This document shows, piece by piece, positions 54,861 to 63,800 of a DNA stretch of 64,000 nt (within the stretch, counting starts at the first letter, position 1; the number at the start of each line of letters is the position of its first letter). The notes below the pieces were generated by a model, which saw only the letters and a program-made list of their open reading frames with translations, was not told where the DNA came from and made no database searches. Origin of the DNA: Candidatus Komeilibacteria bacterium (GTDB lineage Bacteria > Patescibacteriota > Patescibacteriia > UBA1558 > GWA2-36-10); contig JABHZY010000024.1 in NCBI GenBank assembly GCA_018656065.1, forward strand, positions 288,970-352,969. Direction: 5' to 3'. A program made the translations under genes and the position numbers.

Positions 54861-56261
54861 TTAAAACCTTAGTTGTTTATTTAAGTCAGATATAGCAGAA
54901 AATTCTTCTGTACTAAGAGTATCTTTATTTTTATTTTCATATTCAGCTATAAACTCCGCTACTTCTTTACCAGCAATCATACTTTCTGCTCCTAATTGTA
55001 AATATAATTTATAAGCCGAACTCTCCCTCCAAGCAGTAATGCCCTGAGCTTTCTTAGTATATGATTCTTGTTCTAATAAATTAATTTTATCTAAAATTTT
55101 CTGAGTTCTTTCACTGGCAGTATTACCTAAACGACGAAAGCCTACTAAATCAAAAGATTGTAATTCCTGCACTGGACCAGTCAAAACACTTTTAGTTAAA
55201 ACTGGCTCTGGTTTAGATTCCTCTTTCACTGAAGTAATAACATCAGCAATAGCTTTTTTAGGTGCCTGACTTACACCCGGTCTTGATACTTTTGGTAAAG
55301 ATGTCTCTATGACTGGTGTAGGAGCTTCCTCTTTCTTTAGTTCTGGCTTAGATTTTTCAACTGGCTTAGGCTTAACTTCTGGTTTTTTAGCTGATACATC
55401 TTCACCAGCTAATGGAATTGAAAAACCCTTAGATGGTTTTGATTTTTCTGGCTTAGGTTTGGCAACTTTAACTTCCTTTTTTTCTTCCAGCTTTGACTCT
55501 GACTTGGATTTTTCAACGGGCTTTAAATCAGGCTTGGCTATTGATAATTCACCTAAAGCATTTTTAATTTCATCTTGCGCAGATAATTCTTTATCTTCTG
55601 GCTCTGGAATACTTTCTATTTTTTTTACTTGTTGAGCGGCTTTTTTTTCTTTAGCTGCTGATAAATCTGCTTCCGTTTTTAATTCTGCATTATTAACTAC
55701 CAAGCCTCCTGCTGCATCAATTTTATTTTTAATACTCTTTATAACAGATAAAATAATATCAATAATTTGTGCAGAGATTTTTTTATTTTTTATTAAAACA
55801 CTATTTGTTAAAAGTTCTCGAGTAATAACAGCACTTTTTCTATTTCTAAAAAAGTTATATAAAATATTTGTAAATATTTTTTTATTTTTACTATCAAGAT
55901 TAAGTTTTTGCTTTTCTATAATACGATATACTATTTTTTCAACACTATATTTTTTACTATCATCTTGATACATATTTTGAGCAATAAAATCAACCTCTTC
56001 TTTATCCTCTGGGTGGAATACCAGCTCTGATTTATCTTGAGAAGTACCCATTATGTTTTGCATAGATACAAAATTATCATCTTTTGGTGCTAAAGAACCC
56101 TCTGAAACAGCTGAACTTTGCTGAGTTGATAAAGTATCTTTTTTCTTCTTTTTATTATCTTTTAAAGGTTTTAAATTACCCTTTGTATCTTTAACTAAAA
56201 GGGTATCTGACCAATTATTTTTATCTAAAATATCAATTACTTTATTATTTGAAGAATCCAT
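54861..56261 (-). CDS. protein with a central Lys/Pro/Glu-rich linker, unknown function; first gene of the secretion sub-cluster
   Basis: 466 aa. The central segment KPKPEKSKPSKG..KKPEVKPKPVEKSKPELKKEE is low-complexity. The N- and C-domains have no motifs I recognise. Confidence 0.45.
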   Translation of the reverse strand: MDSSNNKVIDILDKNNWSDTLLVKDTKGNLKPLKDNKKKKKDTLSTQQSSAVSEGSLAPKDDNFVSMQNIMGTSQDKSELVFHPEDKEEVDFIAQNMYQDDSKKYSVEKIVYRIIEKQKLNLDSKNKKIFTNILYNFFRNRKSAVITRELLTNSVLIKNKKISAQIIDIILSVIKSIKNKIDAAGGLVVNNAELKTEADLSAAKEKKAAQQVKKIESIPEPEDKELSAQDEIKNALGELSIAKPDLKPVEKSKSESKLEEKKEVKVAKPKPEKSKPSKGFSIPLAGEDVSAKKPEVKPKPVEKSKPELKKEEAPTPVIETSLPKVSRPGVSQAPKKAIADVITSVKEESKPEPVLTKSVLTGPVQELQSFDLVGFRRLGNTASERTQKILDKINLLEQESYTKKAQGITAWRESSAYKLYLQLGAESMIAGKEVAEFIAEYENKNKDTLSTEEFSAISDLNKQLRF

Positions 56262-56296
56262 GAATTATAATCTAAATCTTTATTTTTATTTACTAT

Positions 56297-56305
56297 ATTA
56301 TAACA
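56297..56305 (-). promoter_or_regulatory. extended -10 element (TGtTATAAT) upstream of the secretion sub-cluster
   Basis: The minus strand reads ATGTTATAAT, ~36 nt upstream of ATG 56261 and downstream of the efp terminator. Confidence 0.4.
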
Positions 56306-56335
56306 TATTTATATGTTTATAGCCAACAAGAATAA

Positions 56336-56372
56336 AACAAAAACCGCACCCAGTACTAACTGGGTGCGGTAA
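56336..56372 (-). terminator. intrinsic terminator after efp
   Basis: ACCGCACCCAG-TACTAA-CTGGGTGCGGT (56343-56370). On the minus strand it is followed by UUUUUGUUUU. Confidence 0.85.
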
Positions 56373-56391
56373 TTAAATAATATTTAATAAA

Positions 56392-56949
56392 TTACACTCT
56401 TTCTACATATTCACCTGTCTCTGTATTGATAATTACCTTGTCACCTGACTTGATAAACAATGGAGTTCTAATTTCTAAATCATTTTCTAGTATCACAGTC
56501 TTGGTAACAGCCCCTGAACTATTTCCCTTCACTCCATCAGGAGCAGATTTTACTTCTAAAGTAATCTTAGTAGGCAAGGCAATAGAAACTGGATTATCAT
56601 TAAAAACTAAAACGTCTACTTCTTGTCCATCGATAAGATATTTTATCAAATCTCCTAAAGCATCTTTAGAAAATTGGAATTGCTCAAAACTTTCATTATC
56701 CATAAAATGAAAACCATCTTCTTGCTCATAAAGAAAGTTTGCTTTGCGACGAGTAATGTCTGCTTCAGCAATATTATCTGAACCATTAAAGCTTTTTTCT
56801 AGAGTACTACCAGAAATAAGATTTTTAAGCTTGGTTTTCATAACCGCTCCCCCTCGAGCTACTTTGATATGTTGGTTCCAAACTACTTGATAGGGCTCAT
56901 CATTTATAGAAATTACTCTACCGAGCTTTAGATCATTTAAGCCCAACAT
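56392..56949 (-). CDS. efp: elongation factor P
   Basis: 185 aa, LKLGRVISINDEPYQVVWNQHIKVARGGAVMKTKLKNLISG. Confidence 0.95.
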   Translation of the reverse strand: MLGLNDLKLGRVISINDEPYQVVWNQHIKVARGGAVMKTKLKNLISGSTLEKSFNGSDNIAEADITRRKANFLYEQEDGFHFMDNESFEQFQFSKDALGDLIKYLIDGQEVDVLVFNDNPVSIALPTKITLEVKSAPDGVKGNSSGAVTKTVILENDLEIRTPLFIKSGDKVIINTETGEYVERV

Positions 56950-56950
56950 A

Positions 56951-57169
56951 TTATTTACTTACGTAAGGAAGTAAGGCCATGAAACGAGCTCTTTTAATAG
57001 CTTGAGCTAATTTTCTTTGGTGCTTTGAACAAGCCCCACTTCTTCTTTTTGGTACAATCTTACCATAAGAAGAGGTAAAACGTTTCAATTGTTGCCAATT
57101 TTTGTAATCAATCTCAGAGATATTATTTACACAAAAATGACAGTATTTGTTGCTTTGTTTTGTATGCAT
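56951..57169 (-). CDS. rpsR: 30S ribosomal protein S18
   Basis: 72 aa, [49 protein letters not shown]. Confidence 0.95.
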   Translation of the reverse strand: MHTKQSNKYCHFCVNNISEIDYKNWQQLKRFTSSYGKIVPKRRSGACSKHQRKLAQAIKRARFMALLPYVSK

Positions 57170-57194
57170 ATTAAAATTTAACTTTATTTAGTCT

Positions 57195-57668
57195 TTAAAA
57201 TGGAATATCCTCAATGCTAATTTCTTCTTCTGAGCTATCTGAGCTCGGCTTTGGAGCACTAGCTTGATTAACATCCACTGCTGGAGTTTTATCCATTGAT
57301 GGCTGTTCAGTATTAAAATCTCCACCACTTGGAGTACTACCAGCCCTATCTAACATAATCATGTTTTCAGCGATTATCTCAGTACGATATTTTTTCACAC
57401 CATTTGGATCGTCCCAAGATCTAGTTTGAAGTCTACCTTCAATATAAACCTTTGAACCTTTTTTAAGATACTGACTACTAATTTCAGCCAATCTACGCCA
57501 AGCTACAATATTATGAAATTCAGCTCTTTCTTGTTTTTGACCATTAGTATCATTCCAAACTCTATTAGTAGCTATTGAATAAGAAGTAACATTTTGACCA
57601 GTAGGAGTACTACGCATTTCAGGATCACGTACTACGTTACCAATGATCATTGCTTTGTTTAGATTCAT
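57195..57668 (-). CDS. ssb: single-stranded DNA-binding protein
   Basis: 157 aa. It has the OB fold NKAMIIGNVVRDPEMR..AEFHNIVAWRRLAE and an acidic DIPF tip. Confidence 0.95.
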   Translation of the reverse strand: MNLNKAMIIGNVVRDPEMRSTPTGQNVTSYSIATNRVWNDTNGQKQERAEFHNIVAWRRLAEISSQYLKKGSKVYIEGRLQTRSWDDPNGVKKYRTEIIAENMIMLDRAGSTPSGGDFNTEQPSMDKTPAVDVNQASAPKPSSDSSEEEISIEDIPF

Positions 57669-57685
57669 ATAATTACGTTTAAATA

Positions 57686-58186
57686 TTAATCAAGTTTTGG
57701 TTCTTCCAAAATTTCATCTAACTTTTTATCAATGTCTTCTAATTTTATCTTCTCTTTGACAATCTTCTCTTTAGGTTCTGCTTTTTTAGGAATAGCTTTT
57801 GCAGCTGAAACTTTTACTTTTTTAGTTTCTTTGCCTCTGCCTCTAGCTATTTCTTTTTCTTCCATTTTAGAAAAATCAACAGCTGCATTTTCAGCCTGTC
57901 CTTCTAATTTAATAACTAAATAACGAAGCAGGCTATTATTATGCTTCAATTTAGTATCTAAATCTTTAAGGCTAGCAACAACCTCTGATTCAAATTCCAA
58001 ACCAACATAAAAACCATGCTTTTGTTTAGCTATTGGGTAGGCCAATTTTCTACGGCCCATAAAGTAAGGCTCTCGAGTTATTTTAGCATCGATGCCTTTA
58101 AGATAGTCCAAAACTTCCTGATTAACAGATGGATGATCTGTCTCGGCAATAGCTGGACTAATAATAAAAGATAGTTCGTATTTCAT
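57686..58186 (-). CDS. rpsF: 30S ribosomal protein S6 with a Lys/Glu-rich C-terminal extension
   Basis: 166 aa, MKYELSFIISP..RRKLAYPIAKQKHGFYV; ~60 extra C-terminal residues. Confidence 0.9.
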   Translation of the reverse strand: MKYELSFIISPAIAETDHPSVNQEVLDYLKGIDAKITREPYFMGRRKLAYPIAKQKHGFYVGLEFESEVVASLKDLDTKLKHNNSLLRYLVIKLEGQAENAAVDFSKMEEKEIARGRGKETKKVKVSAAKAIPKKAEPKEKIVKEKIKLEDIDKKLDEILEEPKLD

Positions 58187-58270
58187 ATTTCTATCTAATT
58201 ACCTTGATTTTTACATCAAGGGCCCCTCACAGTTAATATAGGGGCGCGGTTAATTAAGATATATTAACTG
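58187..58270 (-). promoter_or_regulatory. structured 5' UTR of rpsF-ssb-rpsR-efp (possible S6:S18 autoregulatory leader)
   Basis: A 10-bp inverted repeat CAGTTAATAT (58230-58239) / ATATTAACTG (58261-58270), a hairpin CCTTGAT-TTTTAC-ATCAAGG (58202-58221), and CCCC/GGGG (58223-58226 / 58241-58244). Confidence 0.35.
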
Positions 58271-58275
58271 CACGC

Positions 58276-58304
58276 AATTTACCATAATGAGCTCACTAAG
58301 TCAA
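58276..58304 (-). promoter_or_regulatory. promoter of the rpsF operon
   Basis: Minus strand: TTGACT (58304-58299), 17-nt spacer, TGgTAAATT (58284-58276). Confidence 0.5.
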
Positions 58305-58349
58305 GACTGATATATTGCGTAAAATAACTATTTAAACTATCATATAGCT

Positions 58350-59519
58350 ATGAATAAATATCTATTTATGCTTGGTCAGTCATCTCAACTGGCTCAAGAG
58401 GAATTAAAGGCTGTTTTAAGCTCTAAAAAAGACCAAATAGAGCTACTTAGCCCTGATTTTGTATTAGCTAACACTGATCAAATATCAAGCGATTTAATCA
58501 ACAATTTGGGCGGTACAATAAAAATAGCCAAATATATACAAAGTATAGATAATTTGGATACTCTAGATGCTAATTTTTGGTATAATATTTTAGAAAAAAA
58601 TCTTAAATCTGATAATAAAAATCACTTTGGTTTTAGTCTATATAATGATTCTAATAAGAATTATCAGACTCTTACAAAAAAAGCTCTGGGATTAAAAAAA
58701 CTACTTAAAGAAAAAAAATTTAAAAGTCGTTTGGTAACTAGCCAAGAATCAATCCTCTCCTCTGTTATAGTATCTAAAAATAAATTAATCGGGAACGAGT
58801 TATTAATTATAAAACATGAAAATAAATATATACTAGCCCTAACAGAAGCTGTACAAGATTTTGTAGCTTATGGTTTTAGAGATATGAAACGTCCTCATCG
58901 TGATGACAAAAGTGGTATGCTCCCTCCTAAGGTAGCTCAGATGATGGTTAATCTAGCAGGAAATAATAAAGACAAAAATATATTAGATCCTTTTTGTGGT
59001 TCTGGCACAGTATTGCAAGAAGCAGCCCTAATAGGTTATGAAAATATTTATGGTAGTGACATTAGCCCTAAAGCTGTTAAAGAAACTAAAGAAAATCTAA
59101 AATGGTTAAATGAAAATTTTGATATTAAAATAAAATCTAAAATTCTAGAATCAGATATTCAAAATATTAATAAAAATATTAATAAAAATTTTATAGATCT
59201 AATAGTAACTGAACCATTTATGGGTGATGCCCGTTTGATTGCTCGTCAAAATAAAATATCTGATATAAACAAAATAAAAGATGAGTTACAGGAGTTATAT
59301 AGACTAGCTTTTGCCAAATTCAAAAAAATACTATCGCCAGATGCTATAATAGTATTCATATTTCCAATATTTGATGTATCAGGTCAAGATATTTATACGC
59401 TAGATAAAAAAATAATCTCCCAGCTAGGCTTTGAATATAAACTAGAGCAAGATATAATCTACAATCGACCAGGACAAAAAGTAAAACGACAAATCACAGT
59501 CTGGCAAAACAAAAAATAG
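58350..59519 (+). CDS. SAM-dependent methyltransferase with an N-terminal THUMP-like region (Trm11/RlmL-type, probable RNA m2G methyltransferase)
   Basis: 389 aa with the SAM motif ILDPFCGSGTVLQEAAL and a catalytic-site-like VTEPFMG in place of (D/N)PP(Y/F). Confidence 0.6.
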   Translation: MNKYLFMLGQSSQLAQEELKAVLSSKKDQIELLSPDFVLANTDQISSDLINNLGGTIKIAKYIQSIDNLDTLDANFWYNILEKNLKSDNKNHFGFSLYNDSNKNYQTLTKKALGLKKLLKEKKFKSRLVTSQESILSSVIVSKNKLIGNELLIIKHENKYILALTEAVQDFVAYGFRDMKRPHRDDKSGMLPPKVAQMMVNLAGNNKDKNILDPFCGSGTVLQEAALIGYENIYGSDISPKAVKETKENLKWLNENFDIKIKSKILESDIQNINKNINKNFIDLIVTEPFMGDARLIARQNKISDINKIKDELQELYRLAFAKFKKILSPDAIIVFIFPIFDVSGQDIYTLDKKIISQLGFEYKLEQDIIYNRPGQKVKRQITVWQNKK

Positions 59520-59537
59520 CCCTCTAGGCTATTTTTT
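59511..59537. terminator. bidirectional terminator between convergent genes
   Basis: AAAAAATAGCC-CTCTA-GGCTATTTTTT. Confidence 0.7.
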
Positions 59538-59540
59538 AAT

Positions 59541-60797
59541 CTATAATTTATCTACCCAAACAAATTTTTTGCCAGTTACTTGTATAATCCTCCATTCAAA
59601 TTTTTGCTCCTTCTGATCAAAATATATCAATTGACCGGAGTCTGGAACTATATTTGTTAGATAAAAGGCTACTGTAAAAATATCATCTTCAGATAATTTT
59701 AATTTATCAGATAAAATCATTTCTAAAAAAATACGCCTAACAATAAGATGGTCAAAATTTTCATCTAAAGACCTCTCCATACTCTGACCATATTTTACAC
59801 CTATAAATCTTTTAAGAATACTGCTAAATCTATTATCTTCTTTAATTAATGCATCAAAAGATTTTTTTTCTATAAGTAATGCTAAGCAACTAATAGCTTT
59901 ATATTTATCACCAATTCCAATTGCTTGCCATAATATATCACCAACCTTATTAACATCTCCTTTGGCCTCAGAAATTATAAGATCACTAGGTAATAATTGC
60001 TCCTCTAGAGTTTTTATTTTTGTTTTGAAATCATCCAAAATTTTAGTAAAATCTGATTTATGTTTTTCAGATTCTTGATCTTTAATTTCCTTTTTTTGAT
60101 GCTCTTCAATTAACAATAAACTTTTAGATCTGTCAAAATAAAATTCTACTCCTTTATCATAAGATAATAATAAAAAACGTAAACTATCTTTATATTTATC
60201 ATTAAGTTTAGAGGCATTTGGACTTTTAGAAATATACTTAACTCTTTCTATCGAATTATGTTCACCAGCACCTAAAAAATGGATATAATCTTCAATCCAA
60301 TTCTGTACACTAGGATTTACTGTTAAGCCTTTCTTATTTATTATTTTATTTGGAGTAATGCGTAAGTCTCTAAATTCCTCATATCTCTTAAATAAATCTT
60401 TTACTTTACCGTGAAAAACCTCGGACAATTCTTTTGAGTCTACTGCTCTACTTTTTTTTAGGGGCACCAACCTTGGTACTTTACCACCCAAACGAAGAAT
60501 TAATCTATCTACTTGCTCTAGATGTTCTTGTAATGGCCAAAATATTTCTTTGGCCATTTGCAAAGCTAATTTTCTGACATCTCCTTGGAATTCGCCCGGC
60601 ATCTTTTCTAAGTTTATTGGCAGGTCTACTACTTTTGTCTTTTTAAGAAGAATATCATCTTCTAATTTATTAAAAAATTCAAATTGATCAAAATCAAAAG
60701 AATATTTCACAGATATTTCATCGTTAAAATCTGATATAACATCCCAAACAAAATCTTGCACCTCTTTGGGTAAAGTTTTTAATTCATTTATTAACAT
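59541..60797 (-). CDS. soluble protein of unknown function downstream of the VirB6-like gene
   Basis: 418 aa with no TM segment and no motif I recognise. It starts 11 nt after the upstream stop. Confidence 0.5.
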   Translation of the reverse strand: MLINELKTLPKEVQDFVWDVISDFNDEISVKYSFDFDQFEFFNKLEDDILLKKTKVVDLPINLEKMPGEFQGDVRKLALQMAKEIFWPLQEHLEQVDRLILRLGGKVPRLVPLKKSRAVDSKELSEVFHGKVKDLFKRYEEFRDLRITPNKIINKKGLTVNPSVQNWIEDYIHFLGAGEHNSIERVKYISKSPNASKLNDKYKDSLRFLLLSYDKGVEFYFDRSKSLLLIEEHQKKEIKDQESEKHKSDFTKILDDFKTKIKTLEEQLLPSDLIISEAKGDVNKVGDILWQAIGIGDKYKAISCLALLIEKKSFDALIKEDNRFSSILKRFIGVKYGQSMERSLDENFDHLIVRRIFLEMILSDKLKLSEDDIFTVAFYLTNIVPDSGQLIYFDQKEQKFEWRIIQVTGKKFVWVDKL

Positions 60798-60808
60798 TTA
60801 TAATAGCT

Positions 60809-63800
60809 TTATTTAACTTCGTCACCTAATTGTTTTAGATTCCATCCTGCAGCCTTACGTTCAGCAGCTTTTTTAGTACCACCTTCTCTAAGTACTCTTA
60901 TTACATAGGCCTCGGTAAACACTTCCCTCTTAACTGTAGGTGTTAAATTGTCAGTAATCATTTTGTTTAATTTTTGTCCAGTCTTGACCAATGTTTCTGC
61001 AAAAGATTTAATCTGATCAGGGTTAGCCTCTTGCAATAACTGTCGCTGTTGATCTTGAGTAGCCACTCTAGCTAATTGATCAAACAAATGTTTATCAGCA
61101 GGATTTTTAAGATTCATTTCTTGCAATCTTGAGTAATCCATTCCATCGGTAGAACCCTTCAATATAGCTCTAGAGAAATGATTTTTACTATCTATAGCTT
61201 CAGCATCCAAGCCTATAGCAGCTTTTTTAGCATGACTTTGTTTCCTCATTAATTTATTTTGTTCAAACATAAGCTTAGCTATCTTTTCTTGCGCTGCTTG
61301 GTCTTGAGGTCCTGCCCCAGCATTTAGACCCTGAAGATCTGAAATTTTAGCATTAACTTCTACTAATCTTTTACCATCAGCACTATTCCTAACCCCATCT
61401 AACGCCCTTGATACATCACCTGATAATGTACCATCTTTCTTTTTTTCGTCATATTTTTCGGTTGCGGCTACAAATTCATCATTTTTTACGCCCTGCGCTT
61501 TCTTTTGCGTCTGTATTGCCTCATCGTCTAAATCTTGACGAGCTTTATCTTCTGTTTCTTGCCTCATTACATCCTTTGCCTTAGATAGAGATATTCCATC
61601 TGTGTCTGCTCTAGCTTGAAAATCTTCCTTTGAATAAGCGCTTAAGTCTTCCTCTCTTCTTGCTTTCACATCAGCCTCTGTGACTTCAACTTTCTGAACT
61701 ATTTCCCTCTCAGGAGCTTTCATTCCTACAGCAGTTTCTATTAATTCACCATCTGACATTTCATCCCAATTCATAAGAGAAGATTCGCTTATAGCTTGCT
61801 GATGTGCTTGTTGAATACGCTCATAATCTTCATCACTCGTAACTCCTTCATCATGTGATGTTGTTGCCTCAGCTAATATTGCGTCTAACTTTTTCTTATC
61901 TTCATTATTGGCAGCACCCATTAAAATCCTTCTGCCACTATATAATTCTTGACTTGCATTTTTAAATTGAGAAGTTCCTTGAAACTCTGCTCGTTTTTCA
62001 GCTGTCCAATCTTCTTCTCCTTCAATTCCATTAGCCTTACCCCATGCAGTTCGTACAGCATTAAACCTATCATTATTATCATCCCATTTTTCTTTAGTAG
62101 AAATTTTTCTACCCTCAAAATTTTCATTTGATTCTGTAGCACCTTGCCTAATATGATTAACAGAATCATCATCAAAATTATATGTACCCTCAGATACACC
62201 TGCGTTTAGTAAGGCCTCAAGATGTTCTTTTACTTCGGCAGCTTGTTGTGGGTAAGCTTGCATCAAAGCATCTGTCAGCTTAACTAACTCATGCTGACTA
62301 TCTAACTCTACTGCACCCTTATTATTGAATCCCATTTCTGAAATACCCGTATCTTCGTTTGTCGTTCCATTAACTAAATCACCACCTGCTGTTGCTTTTT
62401 CCAAGTCTGGCATTGCATCCATCTTTGCTTTAGCAACAAATTCTAAAACTTTTGTCCAATTTATTCTACCAGATTTATCTTTTGCTAATAAAGCCTTACC
62501 TATATCAAGACCTAGGGAATCCACATCACGTAAAGCACCTTCTATTAATTTTACAGCACCGTCCATAGGCACATCTTCTATTTCATCCCAAGCTGCCTCT
62601 GCTTTTTGAGGTCCAAATATTTGTCTAGCATCAGATTCATTAAAGGCCCTATCTACATCTTCATCCTTTGTATAAGCATTACCCCACTGCTTGCGTAATT
62701 TATCTAATCGAGGTTGATCATTAACACTTTCTAAAAGCTCCTCTATTTCTGCAGCTTCTTGAGCACTAGACACTTCTTCTCTGTCTACTTTAATTTTACT
62801 AGCCATAATTCTTCTATCTTTATCTCCACCTAAAGAACTAGCTTTAGAATAAGCATCACCTAAACCAATATCTGCAACCTTCCTTACAGCATCTGGAGTA
62901 ACTTCAGCAACAAACTGCCCAGTAGCTGCCGTTGCTCGTCCAACCTTAGTACCTGCAACCCACTTTCCGGCACCTGAAACAGCTTTACCAGCACCTGCAA
63001 TTTTCTGTCCAGCTTTAGTGCCTGCAATTTTCTGTCCAGCTTTAGTGCCTGCAATTTCTTGTCCTAAACCAGCAATAGCTTTACCAGCTTTACCTATGCC
63101 ACTGGCAGTACTAGCTAAGCTTGGACCACCTGACGCAGCACCTTGAGATGCTTCAAATTCACCCCTATGCTTTGGGCTAATATATTTCTCATCCTCAGCC
63201 TGAAACTCTTCTACCATAGCTGCATGTTGACCTTGAGCTTTCATAGCAGCCCGTTGTAATCTACCGCCATAAAATGGCACTTTATTCCATTGAGCTCCTA
63301 TCGCTTTTTTACCAAGAGCCGCGCCACCTTTTCCGACCCATCCTCCAACGGTTGATTGACCAAGTCTACTGTCTTTAGTTTTAGTTCCTACCCAAGTGCC
63401 CGCCGTGGTTAGTTTACCAGCCACTGCAGTTCTTTGCAGTCTTTGCCCAAGTCTACTTTTTGCCAAATTTTTAAAACCTTGTTGTAAAGATTTAGCTTTA
63501 CCTTTATCATCTATCAAACCGCGAGCAGCTCCAGCAGCCAATCTTTTACCCAGAGCCATTGGATAACGTCTAGCAAATTTACTAGCACTATTTTGAATCA
63601 TGCTCATTCCCTTACTAGCCATATTAGCTCCAGCAGCACCTGAAGCTGCCGCTTGCTTAATACCTGCTAGAAGCAAGGCAATAGCTACTATATAATTTAC
63701 CATGTTGCTCGTACCTAAAAATTCTGTGGGACCGGCGGTACCTTCACCAGCCATAAATGTCGTAGATACAGTTCCATTACCAACAATAGTAAAGGTCAGC

